This document shows, one piece after another, positions 43,101-58,920 of a stretch of DNA of 64,000 nucleotides. Within the stretch, counting starts at the first letter, position 1. The number at the start of each line of letters is the position of its first letter. The notes beneath the pieces are model-generated. The model saw only the letters and a program-made list of their open reading frames with translations. It was not told the DNA's origin and did no database searches. The position numbers were made by a program, and so were the translations under genes. The DNA is from the human T2T-CHM13v2.0 reference genome, Homo sapiens: assembly GCF_009914755.1 (NCBI RefSeq), contig NC_060934.1. One strand, given 5' to 3'.

Positions 43101-44510
43101 TGAGCTGCCTCAACTCTCCACAGATGCCCTGGCATGGTGCATGTGGGATTGTAGATCTGTGGTCTGAAGCTGGGATTCCCAGCCCTGTCCTGCCCATCTT
43201 GGCCCAGCTCCCACCCTGTCTTCTCCACCCTCTCCTCCCAATGCACTCCCTGCTGGGGAGAGGAGTGAAAGGGAGCAGGTGTTTGCAGAGACTTGTGTTC
43301 AGCTTGGTGCTCTTTATGACACCTGCCCCCAAGGTCCCTAACTGTTGGGTTATCTGATCCCACCATTTAGGATGGAAGGAGTCTCAGCTCTCCATCTGGA
43401 ACTCATGCACCATCAAACCTCCGCGTCCTCAGGCTCAGAGCTTGGTGGGTTTTTGGGGTGGCCGGGGATCTTTCACCTGCTATGAGGACTGACTTCTAGG
43501 TCTCCCCAGACTCTACCCCCTTTCCTCCCTGTTCATACCCCATTGAATCTACCCTTTTCAGTTACTCTGTGTCCCATTCACAGCCCTAGACCCTAAAACA
43601 CTTTCATGAAAACAGCAATGGCTTGTTTGTTTGAGTCACTGTTCCTGTGAAAGCAATTGTAGACTTCATTTAACCAACCGATACTTATGCTAAGCCACAA
43701 ATTTACAGTCAAACTGTTCTCTGTCCTTTTCATAAACACATTTCAATTGAAAACGCACAATTTCAGACTTGAGGTGAGACAAACCATCCAGCTGAACTTA
43801 AATGGAAATAAAGAGAAACAAAGCATGGTAGCCCAGTGGGCAATAACAAGACATCTAAATTCATCCTGAGGACCAGAGGCAAAGAGCGCGATTTATGACG
43901 CTCATGAAGACAGGTACATTTCACGGTCTAAACCGGAGCCATGTGGGATTGGTAATGGAGGGAATGAAAGCTGGGTACTCTGGCAGCCTCTCAGGGGAGG
44001 TTTTCTGCGGCACTGTGAGCAATGACTCATCAACACTGGTCCTGGCAAAGAGGGAAGCTCTCCGCAGAGCCATCATTGCAGCTACCTTTTGAGTACCTGC
44101 TCTGAGGTGTCTGTTGTGAGCCTGGCCTGGTTGGAGTTTTCAGGTTCAGTGCATTCTTGGCTGGGGGTATCCAAGAATGGTGAAATGTCTAAAACAATTA
44201 CTAACTCATGTATTTATAAATATTGTTTGAACACTAATTTTGGACCAAACATAATGCTAGGCACAGGGATAAAACATGACTAAAACAAATCTCATGTGTT
44301 CAGGGCTGTGCTCTTCACACTATAAGATTGTGTGGTTGGCCCTAGGAACCTCCTCAAGGAGGCATGAGAATTAGTGGGGATGGTGGAGTCTGTGCAGGGA
44401 CTCACGGAAAAGTTAAAAATTCTGGTCTTTATTCTAACAACGGGAAGTCATCTTAAGGTCTGTAAAAACGGGAAGGATTTTAGGCAAGAAGGCAACATGA
44501 TCAGTTTTGA

Positions 44511-44830
<320 letters not shown>

Positions 44831-44963
44831 CAGTTTTTAAAAGATCTCTCTGTTGGGTTAGAGGGAGAGATCTGATAGAAGAGGACAGCTGTCGTGGGGC
44901 AGAATACAGTGGTAGCTTGGAGAAAAACAACAGTGATGATCTGGCAGAGACAGACTTAGGAGG

Positions 44964-45379
44964 TGAGGAGGCTTGGTTGTGTGTCTCCTCCAAAGCTCAT
45001 GTTGAAAAGTGATTCCCAGTGTTGGGGGTGGGGCCTGGTGGGATGTGACTGGATCATGGGGGTGGATCCTTCATGAGTGGTTTAGCACCATCCTCTTGGT
45101 GATGAGTGAGTTCTCTCTGGGTGATTTCACATGAGACCTGGTTGTAAGAGTCTGGGACCTCCCCCTTATCTCTCTCTTGCTTCCTCTTTCACCATGAGAG
45201 GCACTTGCTTCCCTTTCACCTCCCACCATGACTGGAAGCTTCGTGAAGCCTCACTAGAAGTGGATGCTGGAGCCATGCTTCTATAGCCTGCAGAATGGTG
45301 AGCCAGGCAAACCTCTTTTATTTATAAATTATCCAGTCTCAGGCATTCCTTTATGGTGACACAAGAAAAGACTAACACA
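44964..45379 (+). mobile_element. MSTB-like ERVL-MaLR solo LTR
   Basis: GGATCATGGGGGTGGATCCTTCATGAGTGGTTTAGCACCATCCTCTTGGTGATGAGTGAG...CCAGTCTCAGGCATTCCTTTAT...GACTAACACA. Confidence 0.85.
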
Positions 45380-47062
45380 GAAAGTAATCTCTCCAGGGCT
45401 TGGTTCATGATTACTTTTGGTGGTTGGATAAAGGAGAGAGAGGAGTTTGTGATGGATTTTAGAGTTCTAGTTTGTCCAACTGATTGTATGGTGGAGATAC
45501 TTCCTAGAAAAGAAAATGCTGGGACGCACCAGGGTTGGAGGAGAAGATTGTGAGTTAATTTTTTTATATGTTGAGATTAAACAGCTATGTCCAATGGCCG
45601 TTTGATGGATACAGGTTTGGAGCACAAAGAAGTCTGAGTGAAGATAGAAATGTACTACGGTGCATTTGATTGATTGCAGGTGGCAATTAAAATCATGGAA
45701 AGAGATGGGATTTCCCAGAGAGGCTGTAAATAGAGGGAAGGAGCCTTGAGAATCTTTGATATTTGGTGGCCTGATGGAGGAGGGAGGGTCTGCAAATGGA
45801 GAGGGAGCAGCCAAGGTATGTAGGAAGATGGGCTGAGTTACACCATCTCAGGAAGAGTCTCCACATAGAAGGTCAGCAGTGCAGAGTGCTGCTGAGAGTC
45901 CAAGTACAAGGGCCACAGAAGAAAACCACTCAGAGATGTCGCCATCCCTGTGATTTTTACAATGACTGTTTCCATTGAGTGATGAGGGCACGCGATTGAT
46001 GGGGGCCAGTTAGGAATGAATGACAGGTGAACAAATGGAGGCAGGGCAGTAATGATGAATCCACTGGAGTTTAGCTAACACTGATATGAACGTCACCTAG
46101 TTCTATCATCACCTCCAGTACAGAAGAATACGGATGGAGAGAAGGTCCTTCAGTTAATCCACCTTGGGCAGGTGCTCATGCCCTCTCCAGAGTCACTTTC
46201 TGTACAGCAGCATGTAGTTGGTTGGCCGGCAGACATTACCATGGGAACAGAAACAGGGGCCGAGGGGCCAGCTTCTCAGTAGGGCAGGGGTCTTTGGAGA
46301 AATAGCAGAGAAAGATAAAACTGAATTCCCTTAATTAGATGATCTTAATATCCTACGTGGGTGTTCCCTATTCTTGAATATCTGATCAACCTTCTCCTTA
46401 TTCTCTCTCTACTTCTCAATGTAAATCAATAAAGGCAAATTGAGAATCATAATAAGCAAACTATTAAAGCAAATGGAAAACACTGTGGCATATATTACTG
46501 TACTGGTTCTCAAAGCAGCCCCTCCTGCAGACAAGTGGACTCCGAGAGGGAAAGCATGTGTTTTTCAAATTTTATGGAGCTGCCAGGTGGCAGGGTCAGA
46601 CCTTGGGACCAAGTGCCCTTTCCAACAAAGAAACGACCCCTCCCCAGCCAAATACAAGGACACCCAGGCCAATGAGGCCCCACAGAGTGCCCCTCCCCTC
46701 TCTGCTCTGGTACACGACCCCTGAAGGCCATTTGGGAGACACAGGCCCCCAACACCAGCTTCTGTCACCTGGGGGGACCCTGGAGACTCTGCATCCATCC
46801 TGCTCTTGCTTGTGCTACAGTGAGCTGTGGTCCCTGTATCCCCCTACCTGAGCTGGCCAGGAGCTCCCAGCCTTCCCCAGTGGAGCATGATCCCCCCATG
46901 ACCTGGCTTTTGCTCTTATGCCAGCCAAGACCTGCTGCTCAGGCCCATTCTCAGGGACCTGCTCAGTCTACTGAGGCTCCCCGGACACTCAGTGGGGACC
47001 CTTGGGGGAACACAGCAAGAGAGAGGTGGTAGGTACAGGTAAGTTTCCATTCCAAACACCTA

Positions 47063-47572
<510 letters not shown>

Positions 47573-48799
47573 TCAGGGGCCTGAGTGTTAAGGCAGTGGC
47601 TCCCTAGCTAAGGGAATGGGTTGAACAGACTTGAGATGGGTCAGAGCATGGAGTCCAAACACAGGTCAAGGGCTCTCAACATCTTCCAGGATTGCAGACA
47701 TAGAGTCAGCCCAAGCAGTGGACTCTGTGCATGGGGAATTGCGAGAGATTAGCTTGGCAGAAGCAAGTAGCCTGTGAGAAGAAGCAACAGAACCTGAGTC
47801 TGGAAACATGAGTGTGGTCAGGTCAGGACACCTTGGCCATCAGGCTGAGGAGGCTCCATGAGAAGGTGAGCAGCTCAGCTTTCTCAGGAGGGGACAGAGA
47901 CCTGGGTTCCTACCTGCTTCCACCAGTGGAAACATGACTCTGAATAGGGATTCATGCCTTCAGTGGTCTGCAGCTCCCTTGGTCCCTCTGCAAGATGGCA
48001 AGATCACTGTCATGTGGGAGAAAATGGAATGCAAACATGATGTTAACAATGTCTCATTCCAAGAAACTTGGGACCTCTGACCTGGGGGCAGGACGAGTCT
48101 TGTCTGCACCCATCATTTCATTTTCATCTCTCTTTTGACTTCAGCCATAAAGGGTGAGAATGAACACCCACCGCCATCTACTCAGGTGACTTGGGAATCG
48201 CAGTGCAAGTTTCTTGCAAAGTTATCCCTGGGCTGCAACTTTTCATGCCAGTGTGACCTCAGGGACATTCTTCTCTGTTCATAATCAGGCCTTACTGCCT
48301 CTCTTAATATTCTCGACTTAAGGCAGTTTTCACGGAAAGTCTTCATTGTCAATTGACACACGACTAAAGGAATTCCAAAATGAATGTGCTCTCTCCGAAG
48401 CAGAACGTCTGTCTATACTTGGCTCGAGACCTCAGGCACAGTCCCTGGAACTTATACAATTTATGAAGGCTGTTATTATTTCACTTGTTCGGAGTTCCAA
48501 GGCTTGCAGCTTGATAACACGTCATGTAGTTTGTGCCACTCTGCGTAACAGGCTGTGGCAGCCCGGAACATATTTTGGAAGTTTACTTGGTGTGACAAGA
48601 ATGAATATAAAATTATTTGCAGTAGATACACCAATAAAAAGGAAAATTTTATTTCCATCATGAAAGATCTCTCCCGTGGCTCTGGCTGTCACTCAGCAAT
48701 GGAAGAAGATCCAGGGAGGATCCCTGACTCTGCTCTGACATCAGCCTTCCAGGCCAAGCCTCACATTCTCTTCTCTAGAGAGTGGGGCTGCAGCAGAAA

Positions 48800-49765
48800 C
48801 ACTTTGACACTCACTCCATGAGAAGGAGGTCTTTGGGCCCTTCCCGTGAATCTGGTAGGGATCTGGAATGGCTGTGACTAGTAGAATACAATGAGAGGGA
48901 CAAGCCTGAGGCTTGAGAAACTTTCTTTTTTTTTTTTTTTTTTTTTTTTTACTACTATTATACTTTAAGTTCTAGGGTACATGTGCACAAGGTGCAGGTT
49001 AGTTACATATGTATACACGTGCCATGTTGGTGTGCTTCACCCATTAACTCTTCATTTAACATTAGGTATATCTCCTAATGCTATCCCTCCCCCCTCCCCC
49101 CACCCCACAACAGGCCCCAGTGTGTGATGTTCCCCTTCCTGTGTCCATGTGTTCTCATTGTTCAATTCCCACCTATGAGTGAGAACACGCGGTGTTTGGT
49201 TTTCTGTCCTTGCGATAGTTTGCTGAGAATGATGGTTTCCAGCTTCATCCATGTCCCTAGAAAGGACATGAACTCATCCTTTTTTATGGCTGCATAGTAT
49301 TCCATGGTGTATATGTGCCACATTTTCTTAATCCATTCTATCATTGATGGGCATTTGGGTTGGTTCCAAGTCTTTGCTATTGTGAATAGTGCCGCAATAA
49401 ACATACTTGTGCATGTGTCTTTATAGCAGCATGATTTATAATCCTTTGGGTATATACCCAGTAACGGGATGGCTGGGTCAAATGGTATTTCTAGTTCTAG
49501 ATCCTTGAGGAATGGCCACACTGACTTCCACAATGGTTGAACTAGTTTACAGTCCCACCAACAGTGTAAAAGTGTTCCTATTTCTCCACATCCTCTCCAG
49601 CACCTGTTGTTTCCTGACTTTTTAATGATCGCCACTTTCTGTCTCTTGGACACTCCCTCTGGGGGAAACCAGCTGCCTGTGTTAAACGTCTGACCACACT
49701 AAGCCCCCATGCTGTGAGGAAGCCCAATTGGCCTTGGGGGTGGCCTTGTGGAGAGACACCAAGCA
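48800..49765 (+). mobile_element. MLT1-family LTR fragment split by an L1PA insertion
   Basis: CCCTTCCCGTGAATCTGG...TAGAATACA before the L1, and CTCTTGGACACTCCCTCTGGGGGAAACCAGCTGCC...GTGAGGAAGCCCA after it. Confidence 0.55.
48927..49633 (-). mobile_element. 5'-truncated L1PA (L1PA4/5-like)
   Basis: PolyT, antisense L1PA 3'UTR and ORF2 C-terminus ([17 protein letters not shown]...LIGGN). 7-bp TSD ACTTTCT at 48920-48926 and 49634-49640. Confidence 0.93.
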
Positions 49766-50109
49766 ATTTTATTTTATTTCATTCTTCTTCAACCATCAAG
49801 CAGGGCCCTTTGCTTTATGAAGTTTGCTGTAAATTGCCTCTGCCAGTGAATTAGAAAACCTCTAATGTGTGGTGAATTCTGCTGGTCCACGGTAGTGGCA
49901 GGAAAACAAATGTTTTCTTTTTTAAAATGCTAATTTGGACCAACTGGGCCCCTTTTTCTTGTAGACATAAACTATCATTACATTTGAACAAGGCTCCTTT
50001 CCTGAATTCCAGGTGCTTGGCCTCGCTGGCCCATCTGAGACAGGGCACCTCTTTTCACATTGCTAAGGCACCAATGCTTCGTTTTTCTCCCATTTATCCA
50101 TTAATTCAC

Positions 50110-50270
50110 CAAATATCTATTTTTCTATCTATCTGTTATCCATCTAGTCTATCTCTCTCTAACCCCTCTCTTTCCTTTCTTTCCTTAGCTCTCTCTTTTT
50201 TCTTCTCCTCTCTCTGTCACCTGCCTTCTTTTTCTCTCTCCTTCTATCATCTCTCTCTCAGTCTCGCTCC
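50110..50270. repeat. CT-rich low-complexity tract
   Basis: Directly visible TCTATC/TCTCTC-rich sequence. Confidence 0.75.
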
Positions 50271-50439
50271 ATATTTGTTTTTTTTTAATTCTCCTTTTAG
50301 CCAGCTGGATAATGTGGGGTGTCCTCAGATAACTCCAAGTAACAACTGGATGGAAGAATGGATAAGGATATACATTTCAATGTGCAAACCTTCTGGTTAG
50401 TTATCTGTGCATAAAACAGACAAAAACAAACAAAAAGAA

Positions 50440-50920
50440 ACAAAATATGATGGTATGAAGTAACCAACGTTTTACTAGGCTTATGCTTCTGCAGTTCCAG
50501 TTCCAGAATTTGGATGAAGCACAGCCTGGATCCTCAGCTGGAGTGGCTTGATGGGCTGGAGCCAGCTGAGTCAGCTCCACTGAGCTCACATATCTTTGGC
50601 TCTGATACTTCTCCAAGTGATGTGGCTGAAGTTGGAATGTCCAAGATGTGTCTGTCTCCTGGGCTGGGATGGCTGGAACTACTGGTGCTGGCTGGCATAG
50701 CTGCAAGGCCGCTCCTGAAGCTAATTGAGCTTCCTGAGAACATGGCAGCTTAGTGCAGTCAGACTGGGGGGCTTCCCCCAGAACAAACATCCTAGAGATG
50801 GCAAGTGAAAGCTGCCATTTCTTAATGCACAGGCTTATCTCTATCATTGTATTCTACTGGTCACAGCAATTCCAGATCCCACCCAGATTCAATTGGAGGG
50901 ACCAGAAGCAAACAGTTAAC
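50440..50920 (-). mobile_element. MLT1-family LTR relic
   Basis: GGCTGGAGCCAGCTGAG...AAGCTGCCATTTCTTAATG...GTATTCTACTGGTCACAGCAATTCCAG...CCCAGATTCAA resembles antisense MLT1. Confidence 0.55.
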
Positions 50921-51359
50921 ACTGGAGTGAGTGTGAAAGAGAATGCAGTCATCTTCAATCTGCCACAGCAACTCCTCCTGGGTGACCTTGAGATTCACTG
51001 GCTGGTGTAGAGGCCATGGAAATTGGTCTTGGTGAAGACTGAACAAGAAGGAAAGAGAGAAAATTCTAGATTATCTGGAGGGTTAGAACGTCCAGGGAAA
51101 AGTGCCAAGGGAACCAAAGTGAATTACTCCTTACTGATGTCAACACATTATTAAATAGCAGCCCAGACATATATCCTTGAAACTTAATGCATTGTTTTCA
51201 GAATTTCATTTCTAGTTTTTAGGAATCAAAGATTTTTTTAAAAAAAATCCTTGGGTCTAATCCTTGGGTGAGGCAGCTGAATGCAGGGGGAGGTGCAGAT
51301 TGAGCCTGACGTGAAATCCTCAGCTAAATCCTGCTGCTGAGAACTTTCTAGCTTCAGCC

Positions 51360-51791
<432 letters not shown>

Positions 51792-53612
51792 TCATCAGGC
51801 CTGAGGGCCATGTGACCTGGTTTGTGTTCCCTTGGCTGTTTGGAAGCTCAGGGTTAATTGCTGCCTCTGGTCGCAGCAGTAGGACCTGGCCTAGGATTTC
51901 CCATCAGGCTCAATCTGTGCTTCCCCCTGGTGCCCAGCTGCCCCACTTGAGCATTGGAAGTGGTCTCTCATCTTTTTATTTATGTTGACTGCTTTTTTAT
52001 TTTACAGCCTCAGTGTTGTGTTTCCAGATTACTTTGGAAGAAGTCTAGGCATCAATAAAAAGACAAATAATTCAAAATTTAAAATTATTAAATAGAAGGA
52101 AGGAGCTCACACCATGACCACTTACTAATTCCAGCCACTCCTGTGTCGAGCAGATCTTGCAGTAACTACACTGTCCCTAGTGATGCCTTTGACTGAAATG
52201 CGAGGCTCATACAATTCTGGTGATTCCAGCAATTGGCTTCTGCCAAGCCTCCTGGGCCCATGCGGATTATGGAGTCCTGTCTGTATTTCTCCCCTCTCTC
52301 CACTGGGAGGCATGCAAAACACATTGGGAATGAGAGTCAATGAACACTGTATGCAGGTGTAAAAGGAAAAGCCACTTTTAAAATCGGTGCACTGGGAACA
52401 ACCCCTACGAACCTACTCAGACAGAATCCATCACCAATAGACTGTCCAATGCACAAAGAGAGCTCTATGCTGCCACAAAGGGGGCCACATGAGGCAAGAT
52501 TGAGTGTTCAGTCACATTCAATTTAACTTAATGATTAAATGGAGATTATCATCCAGAGGTTTTCAAACACGTCTTCCCACATTGGCATCTAACTATTCTT
52601 AATTATAGATACTGTCACAATCTCATCTTTAACAAGATCAGAAAATGTCTCTCCAGGGAGAAATAACTCTTATTATGAACCAGAGCACCTGGCAATGTGA
52701 ACTTCTTGATATTAGAAGGAAAACAACCATCAGACTTGTTAAATCTTGAGTGGCAAATGAGCATCTTTCAGCATCTTTCCAGTCAAAGGCTGAGGAGGCA
52801 GGTAGGGAAGGAGGCGTCTCTGGGTAGCTGAAGCACAAAGCAGGCGGCCGTACCCAGCATGGAGGGCCAGGCAATGCAGACACATGGGAAAGGTTGAGGG
52901 GACCCTACCGTGTTGTCCAGACACCCAGCCAACTCCCTCCACTCACCCACTATTCCTCTTTCCTTGCTCCAAACCCTTGGAATAGTGCACTTCAAAACAT
53001 AGCATCATAAAAAGCACATATATATAAAACCTCTTCTCAAAGAGGAAGGCCTACATTGAAAGAAATCAAGTGGCCACCTGTACCCTAAATTTTAGCAGGC
53101 AATGGGAAATGTTTTTCTAGGATGGCCAGGGGCCTGACCTTCCAGCCCCTCACCTCTGCCCAGTGCAGCGGTGCTGCTCATGTCCCCTGAGCTCTGCACC
53201 ATGCACACTGGGAGGCACGGCCGAGGCTGTGGTGCAGAAATCCCAGGGGAATCCTGGACTTAAGACAAAGGGCATCTGTCCTTCTCCCGTGAATTGCACC
53301 CTCCCAACCACAGACACCGGCTTTGATTTATTAGCATGACCTAGATTGAATACATGAGAAATTCTATTTAATATAGAAGAAATCTTAACCCCTTGTCTTC
53401 TTCTCTCTGGATCAAACTGGTCCATCACAAATGCTTCTGAAATCTTAAATGCCTTTCAAATACTTCCCTCCATCTACTTCTGTCCAAAGATGTTCTCTGT
53501 TCCCCACCTGTACCATTTCTTCTGAACTGGTTTCTTGTACCCATTCATTCCTCACTTTCCTCCTCTAACTCACTGTCAGTCCTCTGGAATTATTTATTTC
53601 ATATGTACACAG

Positions 53613-53613
<1 letters not shown>

Positions 53614-53661
<48 letters not shown>
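53614..53661. repeat. (CA)24 microsatellite
   Basis: Uninterrupted 48-bp CA run. Confidence 0.97.
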
Positions 53662-53667
<6 letters not shown>

Positions 53668-53889
53668 AAATTAGAGCAGTGCCATGTTTTATGCATATTT
53701 AATTTAAATATATTAAACTACACATCTTCAGCATAACATATTAATATATACTCAGGTGAGAGAGAAAACCATTCAGAACATCCAGTGAGCATGGGAGCCT
53801 GACTGACGCTCTCAGTCAGTCTCAGTGCCCATGTGCCTGTCCCAGAGTAAGCATCCTGTCACCACATCATATGGCTAATGAGGGTGTGG

Positions 53890-54575
53890 TGTGGTAGACA
53901 GCCTCTAAGATGACCCCGATGACTCCTGCCTCCTGGTATTTGTACCCTTTGGAGTCCCCTCCCCTTGATTGTGCACTGGATATAGTGAATCATTTATGAC
54001 AAATAGAATATGGCAGAAGCAGTGGGTCTTCACTTCTCAGAATATCTTATGAAGACATTGACCTCACTCATTTACCCTGGGGGAAGCCAGCTGCCATGTG
54101 GTGAACTGCCCTTTGGAGGGAACCATATGAGAAGGGACCAAGGAAGGCACGTTTCCAAAAGACAGACAGACACTGAGGCCGCAGGTAAAACTCCTGTGGG
54201 GAACTGAATTCTGTGAGGCCCCAGTTGAAACTCCTGTGGGGAACTGAATTCTGTGAGGCCCCAGTTGAAACTCCTGTGGGGAACTGAATTCTGTGAGGCC
54301 CCAGTTGAAACTCCTGTGGGGAACTGAATTCTGCCTATGACCGTGGGAATGAGCATCAAAGCAGATCCTCCCTGCATGGAGTCTTCAGATGAGACCACGG
54401 CCCCAGCAGACACCCTGATGCAACCCCAGGAGGAAACGAGCCACAGCCACCCTGCTAAACCACACCCAAATTCCTGACTCCCCTCAGAAGACACCTGCAA
54501 GATAATTCATACTCATTGTTTTAAACTACTAAGTCTTAGGGATAATTTATTACACAGGGATATGTAGCTAATACA
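53890..54575 (+). mobile_element. MLT1 (MLT1E/F-like) solo LTR with an internal tandem expansion
   Basis: TGTGGTAGACAGCCTCTAAGATGACCCC...GTCTTCAGATGAGACCACGGCCCCAG...TTGTTTTAAACTACTAAG...GCTAATACA. Confidence 0.8.
54174..54333. repeat. 40-bp tandem repeat x 4 (three identical copies)
   Basis: TGAGGCCCCAGTTGAAACTCCTGTGGGGAACTGAATTCTG at 54214, 54254 and 54294, plus a diverged copy at 54174. Confidence 0.95.
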
Positions 54576-55249
54576 CAAAAAACTGGGATTTTAGAGATTT
54601 TCAAGAGTAATTGTAATGGTACACATTTTTTGCCTAATCTCACATGCGTCTTGGGGTCAAACCCTCCCTGTGGCTCACCTTGGCCAGGGTCATGGTCCCT
54701 GCTGTCCATGGCCCTTCCCTATGTCTCCAGCCCAGACTTACAGTCTCACCCTTATGGATCCCCACAGGCACCCAGGGTTCTTGCCACACTTGTGGATTCA
54801 AGGCAACTCAAATGCCTGATGCTCCTGCCCTCCTGCCCAGGTGCCTGTGCTGAGGCCATTTCCTCTCTCTGGAGTGCCATTTGTGCTCTTTGCCCTCCAA
54901 GGAGTTCATATCCATCAGTCTGGACCCCGCTTAGGTGAACTCATCTGAGCAGTCCTTGCATTTGGGGTGGCATTACCAAGGCAGCCTGCTCTCATGGCTG
55001 GCCGGTCACTCACGGCTTGGGGACGTACCTGTGTCCTGCACCAACCACAGCAGTCACATTCCTATGGGAAGCGAGACCACCTGGCTCACTAATTTAGTGT
55101 TAGCGGACATAAAGCGGGATGTTTTGAGGCAACCAAGAAGATCCTTTTGCTAGGTCTCAGAAACCCTTATAGGTTTTCTCTGGTTTTATAGTTATGTGAT
55201 ATGTTAGTGTAGTCAACACCTGGTTTGCTTTCATATGCATCTTATCTTT

Positions 55250-55790
55250 ATCCGTTTACCCTTGCTGCATTGAAAACTACCCCCAAATCTTACGTATTAA
55301 AACCACACTTTGTAATTATAACCCATACGTCTGCAGGTTGGCTGGGAACCAGCAGATCTAAGATAAACTTAAATGATCTTGGCTGGATTTGCACATCATC
55401 TGTGAATGGGCTGCCCCGTTCATTCATCCAAGGGTCAGCTGTGGCCTCTGCTCTAGGTTAGGCTTGGCTGGAGAAGCTTGGCTCCATATGTCTCTCATTA
55501 TCCCCCTAGGGTTTGGAGGGCCAGCCCTGACATGTGCTGCTTCTGATGATGGCAGAAACGCAAAAGTGGAAACATTCAAGGCTGCTTGAGGCCTTGGTCC
55601 AGACTCGCACGTGGTCACTCTGCCTCACTCTTGGGGCCAATGCAAGTCACATATCCGGGCCCAGATTTGTGTGGAAATAGAAACTGCCCATTTAGTAAGA
55701 GTGATTTCAAGGTCATGAGACAAAAGGCATGTGGGAGCAGGGGGAGGAGAGTGGCTGAGAACATGAGTGCAGCCCCTCACACCGGCTTTG
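55250..55790 (-). mobile_element. MLT1-family LTR relic
   Basis: TTGCTGCATTGAAAACTACCCCAAATCTT...GCAAGTCACATATCCGGGCCCAGA resembles antisense MLT1. Confidence 0.6.
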
Positions 55791-56699
55791 CTCTCCTCAC
55801 TCTGCACAGCAGAAAACGCCACGTGCAGGCGCCCTGCCTTCTTATTTCTGGGCTGGCTTGGGTGATGGAAGCACTGCAGGAAGGTGAGAGGGCAGCAAAG
55901 CGGAGAGTGCAGGCATTTCCTTGCCACTTGGCTCTGTGAGACACTTTTGGAAATGGTGGTGTCTCCTTCATGGCTCCAGCTCTGCTGGACAATCTCTCTT
56001 GCCAGGATCCCAGTTCCTGCTGGGTGACTCCTCCGGCGGTTCCCACCTGAAGGCCCTGTCTTGTGGTATCCTCTGACACAGGCCCTCCCAAGCTTGGTGA
56101 GTGGCTTTCTGTCATGCTATTATTCTCTGTTTTGCCCCAGCCTCCTCTTTCAATGAGTCCATTGCTCATGCAACAATTTCCTATATTAAATGCTCTCTGT
56201 TAGAAGACGCAGAATTTTCCTAGTTGGATCGCAAGAAATTCAGAGTTCTACAGATTTCCTACCCTATCCCTCATCTCTGTGGGACAGAATCTGTCTTGAG
56301 TCAGATGTGCAGGCTGAGGGAGAAGAGGAGGATATTTATTGCAGATAGCACTTAATAAAAACAAATCACTTTTTCCGGGAGCATGTTTTTTTGAGGAAAC
56401 ACACTAGGTATGGATGAAGTAATGGACATTTTGGCTAAGTACCTGACAATACTAATAATGTAGGGAATGGCTCACTGTGCCTGATTTTGCACGATGCTCA
56501 AGCCCAGGGTTGTGCCCTACACTTCCACCTTCCAGGATGACAGGGAAAAAGGAAACACTTCCCTGCTTTTTGCTGGAGAGTGGGAGAGGAGCCATTCAAC
56601 TTGTGACTGTGGGGGAGCTTGAAAAGTGTGAAACGGGGTGCCCGCTTCTGAAATCTAGCTGTATCAAATGGTGCTCTTCTCTGCTTTAAAAAATTTTCA

Positions 56700-57056
<357 letters not shown>

Positions 57057-58486
57057 AGAGTTTCTTTGCTGTGAGATACCCACAGAGAATGAAGACATGA
57101 CGGGGTAGACCTTTCTGCCTTGGCTTGTGGAGATTCCTAGCACTACTAAAATTTAATTTAAAATAGTAAACTCACTGCCTTTCTGTGACATATATATGGG
57201 TGTTACATAATTACAGAACAAATGGCTTTTCTAGGGAGGTTGTGAAAGCCAGTGATGTAGCACACACACTGTTGAAGATGCACAATGCTTTCCACTCCTC
57301 ATTAAAACCCGGCAATCTACACAAATCATTCTGCAGTGGAGACTGCCACCCCTTCCCTCTAATGCTGATTATCAGCACAGCCAGGAAAGGCTCCAGCTTC
57401 CTCTGTTTGACAGATAAGAGATTCTGTTGGACAGGTTTCCACTGTGATAGACAGAAGCAATATCTTGAGCTACAGGTGGGCACAGCCATTTAAGTCTTTA
57501 TATAGGCGATGCTTGGGAAGCAAAACGCTTTATGCCTCAAAAGATACATGGTGAATATTTACCCATCACCTGTAGCCTATATAGCAACTTTCATTAAGAG
57601 TCAAGCAAGGTTTTAAGTACTTTCAAGACATTTTCCCTGTTCTTTTGTTTTTCTGACTCTATTATTCATCCATCCCATCCTTTGTCAGAAAAATCTCTCT
57701 CTCACTATCATTACCACTGTAACGTACTTTCATTCTGTGTGCAAATCTTTTGCTTGTGATGATCAGAGTATTTTAGTAAAAATAGTCTTTGGATCTTTGC
57801 AGGGAAAGGATAATATTCCAAACATGTTCCTGAAGGTGAATGCCTCATCTCTGATCAGCTCTGTCACGTGCCCCTGAGAATCCCAGCGGCCCCAAACTTC
57901 TCATGTCCAAAGTTGAACCCATCAGCACTTCCAGGCCTTTTGATAACCCTTGTTTTCTGATCAATGATAGAAATAGCAACTACAAATACATGGTCAACCA
58001 AGTCTCATCTACAGCAACACAGGGCGCATATGTTGTGCATTTGTTTGTGATTGTAACACCTCGCTCTAGTTCTCCCATGACTGTGCAGCTGCCCTTGTCA
58101 CTCACTATGATTTTACCTAGAGTTATACTTTGTCTATACTAATATTACTGCATTGATTTTCATGAGTTTATATTTTTAAAAAATATTTTCTATATTGCTA
58201 TAACCATTTTTTTCTTTTTTGCTAAATTTGTTTCTTACAGCTATTTTCTAAATTCAATCTGATGTCTGACTTATGACAAAGAAATTCAAGCCTTCTACAT
58301 TGAATATGGATATGGTTTTGCCTTATTTCTCCCATCCTCGTTCACGTGTTCTATTTCCCATATTTTTCCCATCTTTTGTTACATTTCATTGGGTAGACTA
58401 AACTTTTTTGTCCTAGTTTAGAATTTATGCATTTTATTTTTATATATTAAGTGATTATCTGCAAATTATGAACAACATTTTTGTAA

Positions 58487-58832
<346 letters not shown>

Positions 58833-58920
58833 TGTACATTTCTTGAGATGAACAATTTCCATATTCCTCCTGGGAACCTGAGTACGGCAGCACACACTCA
58901 TGGCTTCTTCCTTCCTGTCC

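Noticed and set aside
49162-49653. 163-aa minus-strand ORF
   Set aside because: It is the C-terminal tail of L1 ORF2p in a truncated L1PA, with a non-ATG (GTG) start.
54174-54333. CRISPR-like 40-bp direct repeats
   Set aside because: The copies abut head to tail with no spacers and derive from the surrounding LTR sequence.
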